The notes under the pieces are model-generated. The model was not told the origin of the DNA. It searched no databases and saw nothing but the letters and a program-made list of their open reading frames with translations. Made by a program: the position numbers and the translations under genes. This document shows, one piece after another, positions 9,886 to 20,156 of a stretch of 64,000 nt of DNA. Source of the DNA: a virus. Numbering within the stretch: position 1 is the stretch's first letter; every line of letters begins with the position of its first letter. The stretch is from the IMG/VR virus record IMGVR_UViG_3300007723_000001, positions 8,278-72,277 of that record; one strand, given 5' to 3'.

Positions 9886-11385
9886 ATGCCAAGCTTAGGA
9901 TATGGCTTAATGAACTCCGCCCAAGTTTTATGGGGGGCCAGAAAGCCAGGAACAATAAAAACTTATGTAACCTCTGGTGTAATTGAATCTCCTAGAGTAT
10001 TTCTTCATAATGCTACTACTCTAGCTGCAGCTATGGCTAGTGGTAATGACTGGGCTACTCAAACCCAACAAGCTCTTACAGATGCTCATATTATATCTTT
10101 TGTAGGTGGAGCTATAGAATTTGACGGCAAGAGATTTACATTAGATACAGGGCCTGCTCCTGCTGATGGAGGTATAAATAATGTAGGTAATAGTAATATT
10201 GACTTAGATCTACTGTCTGATTATCTATGTGTAGGTGAACCTTGTCCAGAGTATGTATTAGCTGCTGTACCTAGATATGACGAGCCAGCTAGTCAAGCTG
10301 AAGCAGAAGCTATGGGAGTTAATTACTTTATAACCATGACTTCTCAAGGAGAATTTGAAGCAACCTTCTTCACCAGCTCTTCTTGTAACTTCTCTGCTTG
10401 TAAATATGGTAGCTTCTATGCTTTAGAACAAGCCGTAAGAAATGGTTGTGCAAGCTGTGAAGATGCTCAAGCTTACTACGATTGTGTAGGCGAAAGGGAT
10501 TGCCCAACTCTAATGTTATGTATAAGAGGTGTAGCATTCGTCTTAGCCGAAGTCTGTGATATGTCTAACTGCTGTAATCCAGCTCAAAACTTAAACAGAT
10601 GTCAATTTGAACAACTTATAGCTACTTATGGTGGTTTACCTAGTATCAGATTAAGACCTATCACTACGGCTGATACTGGAACTCCTCCCGATCCTGGTGT
10701 GACTGATGAAGGGGTTTATACTTTAAACGAATTCTTTGGTTCTACTACAAATACTCAACCTTTCACTGGAGATACCGTAACAGGAGGAAGTAACTCTTCA
10801 TTCCGCAACGGTGTCGGAATAGATTATGGAAATGGTAATGGTCCTGGGTCTGAACTTTGGAGAATACAAAGTATTGAGTTTTATCCTTCTTCTAACTTAG
10901 CTACAGGATGTGAGCAAGGTAAGAGCTTAATGTATCCCTCTAGTATGTCTGAAGTTAGGGACTTTGTTAATATACTAACTGCCCCTCTAGGTACTGATCC
11001 TTGTAATCCAACATGTGGACATGGTTGGAGCGAAGCTGATATTCGTATAATAGCAAGAGAGTACGAAATGCCATGTTGTGATACTCCTCCAACTCAACAA
11101 GGAGATCAACCTGAATTAAGGAGAATGATTACTAAACAGCAAACGGGAGCAGCAGGTCCAAGTTGGTTAGGTAGAATTAATCCATTGTACAAACAGTCTA
11201 GAGGTGCTTCACTAAGACTACCTTACCGTCCTAGTGCTTCTGCATTACATTGGTATGCGGATCCTGTCTCACTAGTAAGGTTTAGAATCAGTGATATAGA
11301 TCCAGATGATGATCCCCTCACCACACCTAACGTAGTAATTGATACTACTTCTGTAACTTATCAGGTTAGGCATTTAATCGGTTAA
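9886..11385 (+). CDS. Cys-rich putative virion (capsid-associated) protein
   Basis: 499 aa directly after the capsid gene, Gly/Pro/Thr/Cys-rich, followed by a terminator; function not recognised. Confidence 0.5.
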   Translation: MPSLGYGLMNSAQVLWGARKPGTIKTYVTSGVIESPRVFLHNATTLAAAMASGNDWATQTQQALTDAHIISFVGGAIEFDGKRFTLDTGPAPADGGINNVGNSNIDLDLLSDYLCVGEPCPEYVLAAVPRYDEPASQAEAEAMGVNYFITMTSQGEFEATFFTSSSCNFSACKYGSFYALEQAVRNGCASCEDAQAYYDCVGERDCPTLMLCIRGVAFVLAEVCDMSNCCNPAQNLNRCQFEQLIATYGGLPSIRLRPITTADTGTPPDPGVTDEGVYTLNEFFGSTTNTQPFTGDTVTGGSNSSFRNGVGIDYGNGNGPGSELWRIQSIEFYPSSNLATGCEQGKSLMYPSSMSEVRDFVNILTAPLGTDPCNPTCGHGWSEADIRIIAREYEMPCCDTPPTQQGDQPELRRMITKQQTGAAGPSWLGRINPLYKQSRGASLRLPYRPSASALHWYADPVSLVRFRISDIDPDDDPLTTPNVVIDTTSVTYQVRHLIG

Positions 11386-11429
11386 GATTAAACATTGTAG
11401 AACAAGATAAAATACAGATACCAATATTG

Positions 11430-11460
11430 ATGTGTAGACTAACTAAGTCTACACATTTTT
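11430..11460 (+). terminator. Rho-independent terminator
   Basis: Perfect 11-bp stem ATGTGTAGACT / AGTCTACACAT, 5-nt loop, T tract. Confidence 0.85.
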
Positions 11461-11550
11461 ATGTTTTAAGGACATAATGATTTGATAAAAAGTATATTAT
11501 TAATATGTATAGAATAATATAAAGTAAATTAACTATATAAAAGCCTAGAT

Positions 11551-12201
11551 ATGAGAAGAATTAGTATAAAAGCTAGAGCACCATTTAAATATAAATATAA
11601 CGGAGAGATTAAGGAAATGACTGCAGGTCAAGAAATATTCTTTAATCTCAATATACCTGAACAATATAAAGAACTTCAATATATATTAGGGCCTAATTTT
11701 AGTCACAAACAATTTATATATTGTGATAGAAGTACTGCTAAGAAATATGTTGAAAATGTAGAAGGAGATAACTTTTATTATGAATCCTATAATCTAGATG
11801 AAATAAAACCACCAGAGCCTTTAGAAGAAAATCCTTTCGCTAAGAATAGCCAGGTTGTATATTCTACTATTGATGAAGATAAAGATAGTAATAAAGATAA
11901 TAAAACGATAGAAGCTAGTAATGTACCAAAGAAGTCAAAACCTTTAGGAGAAGAAATAGAAGAGGCTCAACTTAAAAAACAGGAGACTGAGCAAATGTCT
12001 GCTGATGAGTTAAGAGAAGTACTGACTTTAAACGAGGAGAAAGAAAACGTTAGTACTGAGGAATTGATGGAAATAAGAAGGGAGGAATTAAATAAGACTA
12101 AATGGGAAAAAGTAAAAGACATTGCAGAGAATGATTATGATATAACTTATACTAATAAAGTTAATACTATAGAAGCTATATTAGCTATTGAGTTTAAATA
12201 A
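11551..12201 (+). CDS. Hypothetical virion-associated protein; N-terminal domain shared with fibres 17732 and 55506
   Basis: RRISIKARAPFKYKY...AG...F...FI aligns with the N-termini of both fibres; acidic linker; short helical C-terminal domain. Confidence 0.55.
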   Translation: MRRISIKARAPFKYKYNGEIKEMTAGQEIFFNLNIPEQYKELQYILGPNFSHKQFIYCDRSTAKKYVENVEGDNFYYESYNLDEIKPPEPLEENPFAKNSQVVYSTIDEDKDSNKDNKTIEASNVPKKSKPLGEEIEEAQLKKQETEQMSADELREVLTLNEEKENVSTEELMEIRREELNKTKWEKVKDIAENDYDITYTNKVNTIEAILAIEFK

Positions 12202-12225
12202 ATACTAGGGCTTATCTTTGTTCAT

Positions 12226-12288
12226 TTTAAATAGATATATGATAACGAGTTGATATTTACTATAACGGTTGCCATATATCTATTTAAA
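12226..12288. repeat. Long inverted repeat (hairpin)
   Basis: Perfect 16-bp arms TTTAAATAGATATATG (12226-12241) / CATATATCTATTTAAA (12273-12288), with partial inner pairing. Confidence 0.8.
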
Positions 12289-12356
12289 TAATAACAATAA
12301 TGTAATTTATAGTAAAGGCTTTATACAAATATAAATAAATAAAAATTAAATATTAA

Positions 12357-14192
12357 ATGGTTGATTTAAGTAAGAATGAGTTCATCATAAATAGAGTAAT
12401 AAATGATAACTTTACTGAAAGAGTAAGAAGGTCTTGCTTTATTATTGATAGTAATTCTTTAAAGGATGAAGAGATAATAGATATTGCTCTAAAGGATATA
12501 TATCCTAGGATAATGTTTAGGATTGCTTTTGTAAAAGATAAAGCTAATAATCCTATATTTAAAGGGATAGGAGAAAACTTTGACTATAATGATACTTACT
12601 TAAACGTCTTAAAAGTTATTACTAAAGAACCTTTTGGTAGTGCTTTTCTTAGTATAGCAGCTTTACTCTGTAGTGCTCATATCATAAGAAATATACCTCT
12701 AAATTCTGATATAAAATTATTGGATTTAGCTAAACAAATAGAGGATAGAGCTATAGAAGACTTGGAAGTTATGATAGGAACTTTAGCGGAAGATCCTCAA
12801 GTCATTCAACAAATTATCAGACCTACAGGCTCTATTGGTAGTGAAGGACAAGGTTCAGTAACTACTGATCCTGCTTTTTATTTTGCCCCTTCCATTAATA
12901 AAGAAACTGTACCTCCGGAAGTATTTGATTATATTAAAGAATCAGCTTTATTAGAAGATGTTGATATAGAACCTAACATTAAAGTTCCTAGTAACAAAAT
13001 AGCTTTCTGTTGGTTTTATATTACAAGTGTATTAAAGAATGGATATCAAGAAGGTGTTGTTTTAATAAAAGATGGACAGTCAATTGAAAGCTTAATAGAA
13101 GACCTAGCAGGTAATATTAATGAAGCGGCTATTAGTCTACAAAGTCCGCTTATTGCATCTCCTAATAGAGGTGAACTAAGAACCATAACAGCTAAATATA
13201 CAGAAGACGAATTATATCCTGAATTAACTATTAACAAAGTTAATTCTAAAAAAGAAGTTTCATTTTATTTAACTACAAGGATTCATAGTTTAAGAATAAC
13301 TTCAAGACTCCTTTCTCCTATATCTAATAGAGAAATAATTTGTATAAATATATATTCTTTAGATAAAGACTTATTTATTAATAACAGTCCTAGCACTGAA
13401 GATTTATTAAGTTATAGGAGTATAGCAAATAGAGGAATTGATGGAGTTATTTATGGTATAAAGCCTTATTACAAAGCTATGAGCAGTATTGGTCCTCATT
13501 CTTTATTAGTAGATATTGAGAAGGGTAATGTAAATATCTCATCTGTAATTAAGTCTCCTAATGACGATGACGATGAGAATGATTCAAATATAGTAGATAA
13601 AAGTTTAGACGAAATTGACACTGAGACTATAGATACATTCTTCTTCAGATTACAAGAAGGAGTACAGTCTTTGTCAGGGCAACTTAAAGTGAGAGTAAGT
13701 ACAGCTCCTATCTCACCAAATATTAATGAATGGATTATCCCTATTAATACTCTTAATGCTGATCAAATAGCCTTTCAGTTCTTAAATTCTTTTTATATTA
13801 ATAAGCTCCATAATCAGGTATTAGGTAGTATGAGTAGTACTAGTAGTGTACAAATGGTTAGCTTTATTCAAACAGAAGAGGAGATAAGAATTATAGTTGA
13901 TATATTGGAAGTACCTAAAGGATTGGAGATAGCTATTGGGAATCCTTTAAGACCTATAACCACTTATAAAAATGGGCCTAGAAGTATAAATATAAAAGCT
14001 AGATTAGATTTTGTAAATTATGCTAGAAATACTGGTCCTGATAGTGGAAATAGTAATATGAGAGTAGGTTCAGCTGTTGCATCTAGTCCTTCTCCTGGTT
14101 TAAGTAAAGTTAATAGAATAATAGAGAATCTAAAATATCCTTGCGGTAAGCCTATACAATATAGAGATACAAATAACCGTAACTGTAAGTAA
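12357..14192 (+). CDS. Hypothetical; possible head-tail adaptor with C-terminal extension
   Basis: 611 aa; helical N-terminal region (SIAALLCSAHIIR...IEDRAIEDLE) and its position resemble adaptor proteins. Weak call. Confidence 0.35.
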   Translation: MVDLSKNEFIINRVINDNFTERVRRSCFIIDSNSLKDEEIIDIALKDIYPRIMFRIAFVKDKANNPIFKGIGENFDYNDTYLNVLKVITKEPFGSAFLSIAALLCSAHIIRNIPLNSDIKLLDLAKQIEDRAIEDLEVMIGTLAEDPQVIQQIIRPTGSIGSEGQGSVTTDPAFYFAPSINKETVPPEVFDYIKESALLEDVDIEPNIKVPSNKIAFCWFYITSVLKNGYQEGVVLIKDGQSIESLIEDLAGNINEAAISLQSPLIASPNRGELRTITAKYTEDELYPELTINKVNSKKEVSFYLTTRIHSLRITSRLLSPISNREIICINIYSLDKDLFINNSPSTEDLLSYRSIANRGIDGVIYGIKPYYKAMSSIGPHSLLVDIEKGNVNISSVIKSPNDDDDENDSNIVDKSLDEIDTETIDTFFFRLQEGVQSLSGQLKVRVSTAPISPNINEWIIPINTLNADQIAFQFLNSFYINKLHNQVLGSMSSTSSVQMVSFIQTEEEIRIIVDILEVPKGLEIAIGNPLRPITTYKNGPRSINIKARLDFVNYARNTGPDSGNSNMRVGSAVASSPSPGLSKVNRIIENLKYPCGKPIQYRDTNNRNCK

Positions 14193-14201
14193 TTCAACCA
14201 T

Positions 14202-14957
14202 ATGATTGGAACATTTCCAGTAGGCCCTCCTTTACCATCACTACCATATCTCTGTGAATACTTTTTTAGATTAATTGGTAATCATCCATTAATAGCTAAT
14301 CCAGTAGTAAGACATCCATTAACTGACGAAAGAGTTTATATAGAAAGATATAAGTTATATAACGGTATAGAAACTGAAGAAGGTTTAGCTTGTTCAATAT
14401 TCCCACATTCAACCCCTACTGATGGATTGTCTTTACCTAAACCTGCTGAAGTCTCTACGTCTGCTCTATTTGGTAGTGGAGATGATCCTACATTAGGAGT
14501 AACAGTAGAAGATGTAATTTACCATATAGGTATAAAGTTACATTATGCATGTAATATAAAAGGTAACCTTCATCCTTCTGATCCTTTTAGGACTTTACCA
14601 GTAGATGCTGCTATTCATCCTTCTCACGAATTAAAATATGATATAGGTACAAAAGTTGTACCAGTAAATATAAATCCTGGGATTTATATAATAGGTGAAT
14701 ATATGGAGTTAATACGACTTGCTATACATGATAGAAATAATGCAGATGTAAAAAGATTAATGGATGTTCCATATCATCCTAAAAGAGTAGAAGTATTATA
14801 TTTCAATTTAAAGACAGCTCCTTGGGAAAAAGATAGATCAGTCTATTTTCATGAAGGAGAAATACTTATAAGAATTGATGATAAAGTATCTAAAGGTTGG
14901 AGGTCTAGGTTTAATAAACCAGCTACTTGTACTACTCTTACTATTGAAAGATCTTAA
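14202..14957 (+). CDS. Hypothetical; possible tail completion/terminator protein
   Basis: 251 aa, position after the putative adaptor, alpha/beta pattern ending FHEGEILIRI. Confidence 0.35.
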   Translation: MIGTFPVGPPLPSLPYLCEYFFRLIGNHPLIANPVVRHPLTDERVYIERYKLYNGIETEEGLACSIFPHSTPTDGLSLPKPAEVSTSALFGSGDDPTLGVTVEDVIYHIGIKLHYACNIKGNLHPSDPFRTLPVDAAIHPSHELKYDIGTKVVPVNINPGIYIIGEYMELIRLAIHDRNNADVKRLMDVPYHPKRVEVLYFNLKTAPWEKDRSVYFHEGEILIRIDDKVSKGWRSRFNKPATCTTLTIERS

Positions 14958-16332
14958 CAGGACTATTATCTTTGAATCCACTTATATGACAAAGATTATT
15001 CCCCAACAATATAATATGTTCTAAATTAGATTTTCTCAAAGTAGCTCCTGCTAAAAATATTAGCTTATTTACTCTCAACAATACATCATTGATTACTTTA
15101 TTTCTTGTTATTAAGAAAGTTAAATCTTGCTGAGGAAAATTTAACGAAGATTTAGGGCTAGATAATTCATCAAACTTAGTAGATGAAATAGCGTTACCTA
15201 CTATAGAAGGATGACTTATAATAAAAGCTCTATTTAATAATAAACAAGCTATCGAGATTAATAACATATTATAACCTCCGGGAGGTGTTAAGTATTCTAG
15301 AATAAATGAACTAGTAATACTAAGATTTGATTTAGAGTTACTATCAATGTTTTGATAAAAGGCTGTAGCTAATATATCTAAGTCTGTAGATCTAGATAGA
15401 TTAGGATCATATAGAAATTGTTTCCGTAGGTTAATGATTTCATTATATACTCCAGGCCAATTGGTAGATAAAGATTGATGAAGTAGATGATAACTTAACT
15501 CTTCCCTTTCATCATACATCCTATCTAATCCAGCATTAACAATAATCCTGGCTATCCTAGATAGAATTGTATATGCTTTATATTCATTGGTACCTTCAGA
15601 CGGTTGTAAGGGTACTTCATAATTATTGTTAAACTGCCCAAAGTACCATTTTACTAAATCAGGAATCCATTTAGTAAAGAACTTTAAATTCCTAATTGTA
15701 TCAGATGTTATTTCTTCAGAAAGAAACAATTGTTCTGGGAAGTTATATACTTCGAAGTCATACCTTTCTTCTAAATTAGAAGAAGTAGCTAATATATTGT
15801 CAAAGTTATTATTCCAATTATTTAATTTAAAGTCCCCGTAAGAATCAAAATTAACTTTAGAAAATCGATTAAATAAAAGACTAATAGTTTTATAAGCTAG
15901 TTCAGAAAAACTAATATATGTTAAGTCTATATTATTAAGATCCAAAGAAAGATAACCTAAAGAACCATAATATCCCAACCATATAGATTTATGAGATAAT
16001 GAAAGTTCTTCTACTTTAGAAAAGTTCAAACTAGGACGTTCATTGTTGAGTAACAACAATCTACTCTTGAAATGATCTGTCAGTTTAGTATTATCTAAAT
16101 TCTCTATAGTATTAGTAAATATTAAATAAGATAGTTGACTTTCTATAACTAAATTGACGTACTCAATGCAAGGCTCTAATTCTTTTAATTTAATTTCTAT
16201 CTGAGAGTGAAAGTCTTTTATTCTTCTTGATGATTCTATAGGACAATAGTTAACTACAATAATCTGTCTCTTTTCTAACTCATTAGTAATATTATAAGGA
16301 GGCTCTATCAAATGTGCAGTATATTTTATCAT
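14941..16332 (-). CDS. Hypothetical protein
   Basis: 463-aa ORF coupled to the upstream gene at 16332; no motif recognised. Confidence 0.6.
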   Translation of the reverse strand: MIKYTAHLIEPPYNITNELEKRQIIVVNYCPIESSRRIKDFHSQIEIKLKELEPCIEYVNLVIESQLSYLIFTNTIENLDNTKLTDHFKSRLLLLNNERPSLNFSKVEELSLSHKSIWLGYYGSLGYLSLDLNNIDLTYISFSELAYKTISLLFNRFSKVNFDSYGDFKLNNWNNNFDNILATSSNLEERYDFEVYNFPEQLFLSEEITSDTIRNLKFFTKWIPDLVKWYFGQFNNNYEVPLQPSEGTNEYKAYTILSRIARIIVNAGLDRMYDEREELSYHLLHQSLSTNWPGVYNEIINLRKQFLYDPNLSRSTDLDILATAFYQNIDSNSKSNLSITSSFILEYLTPPGGYNMLLISIACLLLNRAFIISHPSIVGNAISSTKFDELSSPKSSLNFPQQDLTFLITRNKVINDVLLRVNKLIFLAGATLRKSNLEHIILLGNNLCHISGFKDNSPVKIFQ

Positions 16333-16988
16333 TAACCTAATAAATGAAAGTCGTAGTCGTTCTTTAGCCTTATTAAACTTTCAATACTTTTATTAGAAAA
16401 CTTAAATCGATTACACAGAGATGAAATAACTATAGAATTATCATTGCTAACTATGAAATTATAAATATCCATATAACCTTGATTCCAATTCACAGCCTTA
16501 GCAAATCTTGTAAACATATCATAAAATGAATAGTCTCTAATGTCAAATAAATCCTCTTCAGTATCATATAAAACTTTTAATGCTTTATTAACTCTATATA
16601 TATTGTTATAGTTATCTTCTACTTCGGAAAGAATATTGATAATAATCTGGCTTAATGAATATCCTAAAGTATTCGCTGTTAGTTCAAGATGCTTAACTAA
16701 AGAAGGTATATTTTGAATTTGTATATATCCTAATTTACTTGTATATACATAAGTAATTAAACTTAAAGGTAATCTATATTTATAACTTACTAAAGGTAGT
16801 GAAAGATAAGTTGTAGGAATATAAGAATCAATTAGTTCAATAGTAGGAAATAATAAAGATAGAAAGTCTACCATATAATTATCTCCTGATTGAGAAGCTA
16901 CTATAGACTCTAATGTATCTATATAATTACTAACATTAAAGTCACTAAAATTAGTAGAGCTAGTTTTTCTTACACTATAAGCTTTCAT
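16332..16988 (-). CDS. Hypothetical protein
   Basis: 218-aa ORF, ATGA overlap with the upstream gene. Confidence 0.6.
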   Translation of the reverse strand: MKAYSVRKTSSTNFSDFNVSNYIDTLESIVASQSGDNYMVDFLSLLFPTIELIDSYIPTTYLSLPLVSYKYRLPLSLITYVYTSKLGYIQIQNIPSLVKHLELTANTLGYSLSQIIINILSEVEDNYNNIYRVNKALKVLYDTEEDLFDIRDYSFYDMFTRFAKAVNWNQGYMDIYNFIVSNDNSIVISSLCNRFKFSNKSIESLIRLKNDYDFHLLG

Positions 16989-17590
16989 ATCCTTGACAAT
17001 AGTTCATCTATTTTATCTTTGAGTAAGTAAGATCTTATTTTCATCAATTTATTCAATTTATAAATATCTTCCTTCTTATGAATTCTAAGTCTATAAAGAT
17101 TTCTATCTCTATATGTCTTAGCGTTAATATCTAATCTTTCTACAAGAGCTATATAACAATTATTAATTATAGTTTTTCTAGTTGAGCAGATGTCTAAATA
17201 ATATTCTTGATGATTAGTTTTATTCCAACCATTTGTATAAATAACTTTAGCTTTAGCGTCTAAAATACCAGACAAATAGTTAATCAACAATGGAAGATCA
17301 ATATTTCTAATATCTTTATTTTCTAATTGAAGAAAAGAATCTAGTCTAAGTTTACTATGACTTCTAATTTTGCTAGCTTGAATCCTAATCAATCCCGGTT
17401 TATATCCTTCTGTCATAAAAGAGTTCTTAGCCAAAGAACTAATTATAGAGTATATATTACTAGTTAATTGACCATCATTTGAAGTTATAGTAACTCTAGT
17501 ACTATTCCATCTACCTATAATGTCTATGACTCCTAAAAGCCAGTATTCTAATTCATTATCACTAAGAGTAATTTGTTTAGCTAATACCAT
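16985..17590 (-). CDS. Degenerate two-motif LAGLIDADG-family protein
   Basis: YWLLGVIDIIG and YLSGILDAKA helices about 90 aa apart; YRLRI strand; both catalytic acidic positions replaced. Confidence 0.7.
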   Translation of the reverse strand: MVLAKQITLSDNELEYWLLGVIDIIGRWNSTRVTITSNDGQLTSNIYSIISSLAKNSFMTEGYKPGLIRIQASKIRSHSKLRLDSFLQLENKDIRNIDLPLLINYLSGILDAKAKVIYTNGWNKTNHQEYYLDICSTRKTIINNCYIALVERLDINAKTYRDRNLYRLRIHKKEDIYKLNKLMKIRSYLLKDKIDELLSRI

Positions 17591-17677
17591 CAGTACCTAA
17601 TTAATAAAATTTATAAGTAAATATTAAGAAGGAGTACAAGTGATAAATCGTTTCACTTTTCAACCCATACACCAAGT

Positions 17678-17698
17678 TAATATATATCTGTATATAAG
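17678..17698. promoter_or_regulatory. Second copy of the candidate regulatory motif
   Basis: TAATATATATCTGTATATAAG, 33 nt upstream of 17732; see 2058-2078. Confidence 0.35.
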
Positions 17699-17731
17699 TA
17701 TGTATAACATTAAAAGTCGTTAGTAAATATT

Positions 17732-20020
17732 ATGGTAAGAGTTCGTATATTAAAACCATTTAGATATATATATAAAGACAAAGACTTAATACTAAGTGGT
17801 ATTTACACCTTAAACTTAAGCAAGAAAGAGGAAGCAGATGAATATGCTTGGATTGCATCAGATAATTTCCCCTATAAAAACTTTATATCTTTAGAGTTCA
17901 TAGATTCAGGCTGTCAAAATCCCTATCCTCCTGGTCAACCTTCTCCTACACCTACGCCTACACCAACACCACCAGGACAGCCTTCACCATTTCCTATTCC
18001 TCCAATGCCTCCAATTAATCCTCAACCTACACCTGGTCCCGGTCAATCAACTCCATCTTTTATAGATATAAGACAAAGTGCTCCTTTAAACCCTTATCAA
18101 GGGTATATATATTATGACATAACCAAGGCTCTAATAAGAATATGGACAGGTCAGAATTGGATAGATCTTCCTAATAATACCAACGGTGGAGGTGGTGGAG
18201 GGAGTAACGTATTTGATGTTGTTCCTCCTTTATTTGGAGATATAACTACAAATGGTGTTACTAATGAAACTAATATATCTCCTGGCACTATTGTCAATAA
18301 AGATATATCAGAAGGGGCAGAAATATCTTTGTCTAAACTAGCTAAAAATCCTTTAGATAGAATCAATCATATTGGTATACAAACTGCTTCTACTATAGTG
18401 GATTTTGATGCCCAAGTTAAGAGAAACAGATTAGACCAATTTAGGTCTCCAATGTCTTCTATTTCTATGGCCGGTAATAGAATAGTAGAATTAGGAGAAC
18501 CCTGTGAAGACTCTGATGCAGCCTCAAAAGGTTATGTAGATGCTGTTAGTCAAAACATAAGTTTCTGCGATTTAGTAGGTCCTTCATGTGATATTGATAT
18601 GAAGGGCTTTAGGTTCACTAATGTAGGGAACCCCATAGCTAGTTCTGATGCTGTAAATAAATCTTATATAGACAATCTTATAAGCAATTCTTCTGTAAAA
18701 GATCCAGTAAGATTAGTATCTACAGAAAACATTAATACTTTATCAGGACTAAATCACACTATCGATGGTGTATCCATAACTAATAATAATAGAGTATTGT
18801 TAGTAGGTCAAAGTGACCCTAGACAGAATGGTATTTATATAACTTCATCCTCAGTCTGGTCACGTACTTTAGATGCCGATAGTGGAAATGAGTTACCGCC
18901 TGGGACCACCGTATTTGCTAGAGAAGGTAAATTTTATAGTGGAACTGGATGGATATTAATGTCTTCAGGGTCTCAAACTGTATTAGGAGTAACTGCTCTT
19001 AACTTTAAACAATTCACAGGTATAACTTCTGATATAGCTGGTAGAGGATTGTATTTGGAGTCTAATGTTGTACATGTAGGAGGTAAAACAGGAGAAATAA
19101 TAGTAGAAGAAGATTCTATTGGAATAGATCCTATGTGGAGTGGTTCTTCTGCCATAACTACTGTTGGAAAAATCACCAGCGGCTCTTGGGCAGCTTCACC
19201 AATACCTATAGCTTATGGAGGTACCGGTGGCAGTAGTCCTGCAATGGCCAGATCAAATTTGAGTGCTGCCTCCTCAGGTATTAACTCTGACATTACTGCT
19301 TTAACTGGTTTGACCTCTCCGATACCTATATCTTCAGGAGGGACTGGAGCTTGTACTGCTGCTGATGCAAGAAGGAATCTAGAAGTATGTCATTGTAATC
19401 AAGGTGTAGCTACAGGCATAACTCAATTACCAGCCTTTATTGGACCTTTAACAGTCCAACAAGGTGGTACTGGAAGTACTAATGCAAATACTGCAAGGTA
19501 CAATTTATCAGCTGCTAAGTCAGGAGATAACTATGACATTATAAGCTTGAATAGTCTAACAACACCTTTATCAATTCAACAAGGTGGAACAGGTGCTACT
19601 AATAGTACTGATGCTAGAACTAATTTAGGAGCTGTAGGCAGTGGCGCTAACCTTGGTGGAGGTTCTCAATTGTTCAGTAGTATAACGGGTACTGACCCTA
19701 CAATGAACTTTAGAACTTTAACTGAAGGTACCGCTATAGGTGTAACTCAAACAGCAAACGAAGTAGAAATAGCAGTAGATCCTACTCAAATAGATATCAC
19801 CCAAACTATGGGAACGTTACCTATAAATAGAGGCGGTACTGGTGCAACTACAGCAGCTCAAGCAATGACCAATCTTGGAGCAATATCTAGTGTAACAGGT
19901 TCTCCTGGTATTAATGTAACTAGAGCTGGTTCTGGAGTAACCGTAGCACCGGCCTTAGTAGCAGGTAATAATATAACTTTGACAGTCGTTGGTAATACTA
20001 TAGTTATTAGTTCACCTTAA
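17732..20020 (+). CDS. Fibre protein (762 aa)
   Basis: Pro-rich linker, poly-Gly hinge, DAxxKxYVD motifs, RVLLVGQSDPRQNGIY, five GGTG(A/G/S)...A(R/M)xNL repeats, MNFRTL repeat. Confidence 0.75.
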   Translation: MVRVRILKPFRYIYKDKDLILSGIYTLNLSKKEEADEYAWIASDNFPYKNFISLEFIDSGCQNPYPPGQPSPTPTPTPTPPGQPSPFPIPPMPPINPQPTPGPGQSTPSFIDIRQSAPLNPYQGYIYYDITKALIRIWTGQNWIDLPNNTNGGGGGGSNVFDVVPPLFGDITTNGVTNETNISPGTIVNKDISEGAEISLSKLAKNPLDRINHIGIQTASTIVDFDAQVKRNRLDQFRSPMSSISMAGNRIVELGEPCEDSDAASKGYVDAVSQNISFCDLVGPSCDIDMKGFRFTNVGNPIASSDAVNKSYIDNLISNSSVKDPVRLVSTENINTLSGLNHTIDGVSITNNNRVLLVGQSDPRQNGIYITSSSVWSRTLDADSGNELPPGTTVFAREGKFYSGTGWILMSSGSQTVLGVTALNFKQFTGITSDIAGRGLYLESNVVHVGGKTGEIIVEEDSIGIDPMWSGSSAITTVGKITSGSWAASPIPIAYGGTGGSSPAMARSNLSAASSGINSDITALTGLTSPIPISSGGTGACTAADARRNLEVCHCNQGVATGITQLPAFIGPLTVQQGGTGSTNANTARYNLSAAKSGDNYDIISLNSLTTPLSIQQGGTGATNSTDARTNLGAVGSGANLGGGSQLFSSITGTDPTMNFRTLTEGTAIGVTQTANEVEIAVDPTQIDITQTMGTLPINRGGTGATTAAQAMTNLGAISSVTGSPGINVTRAGSGVTVAPALVAGNNITLTVVGNTIVISSP

Positions 20021-20056
20021 TAATTCAATTAATTAATACTAAAGATTGTAAAATAT

Positions 20057-20108
20057 AAATCAATAAATATAGAAGTTTACAAAATGAACTTCTATATTTT
20101 ATTGATTT
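20057..20108 (+). terminator. Intrinsic terminator (possibly bidirectional)
   Basis: AAATATAGAAGTT (20065-20077) / AACTTCTATATTT (20087-20099) stem, extended by AAATCAAT/ATTGATTT. Confidence 0.75.
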
Positions 20109-20156
20109 AATATTAAGACTATACTTATATGACAATCCTGAATCGTGTATTAATTA

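Noticed and set aside
16985-17590. Active homing endonuclease in a group I intron or intein
   Set aside because: It has its own ATG after a divergent intergenic region, no interrupted host gene, no intein termini, and the catalytic residues are missing.
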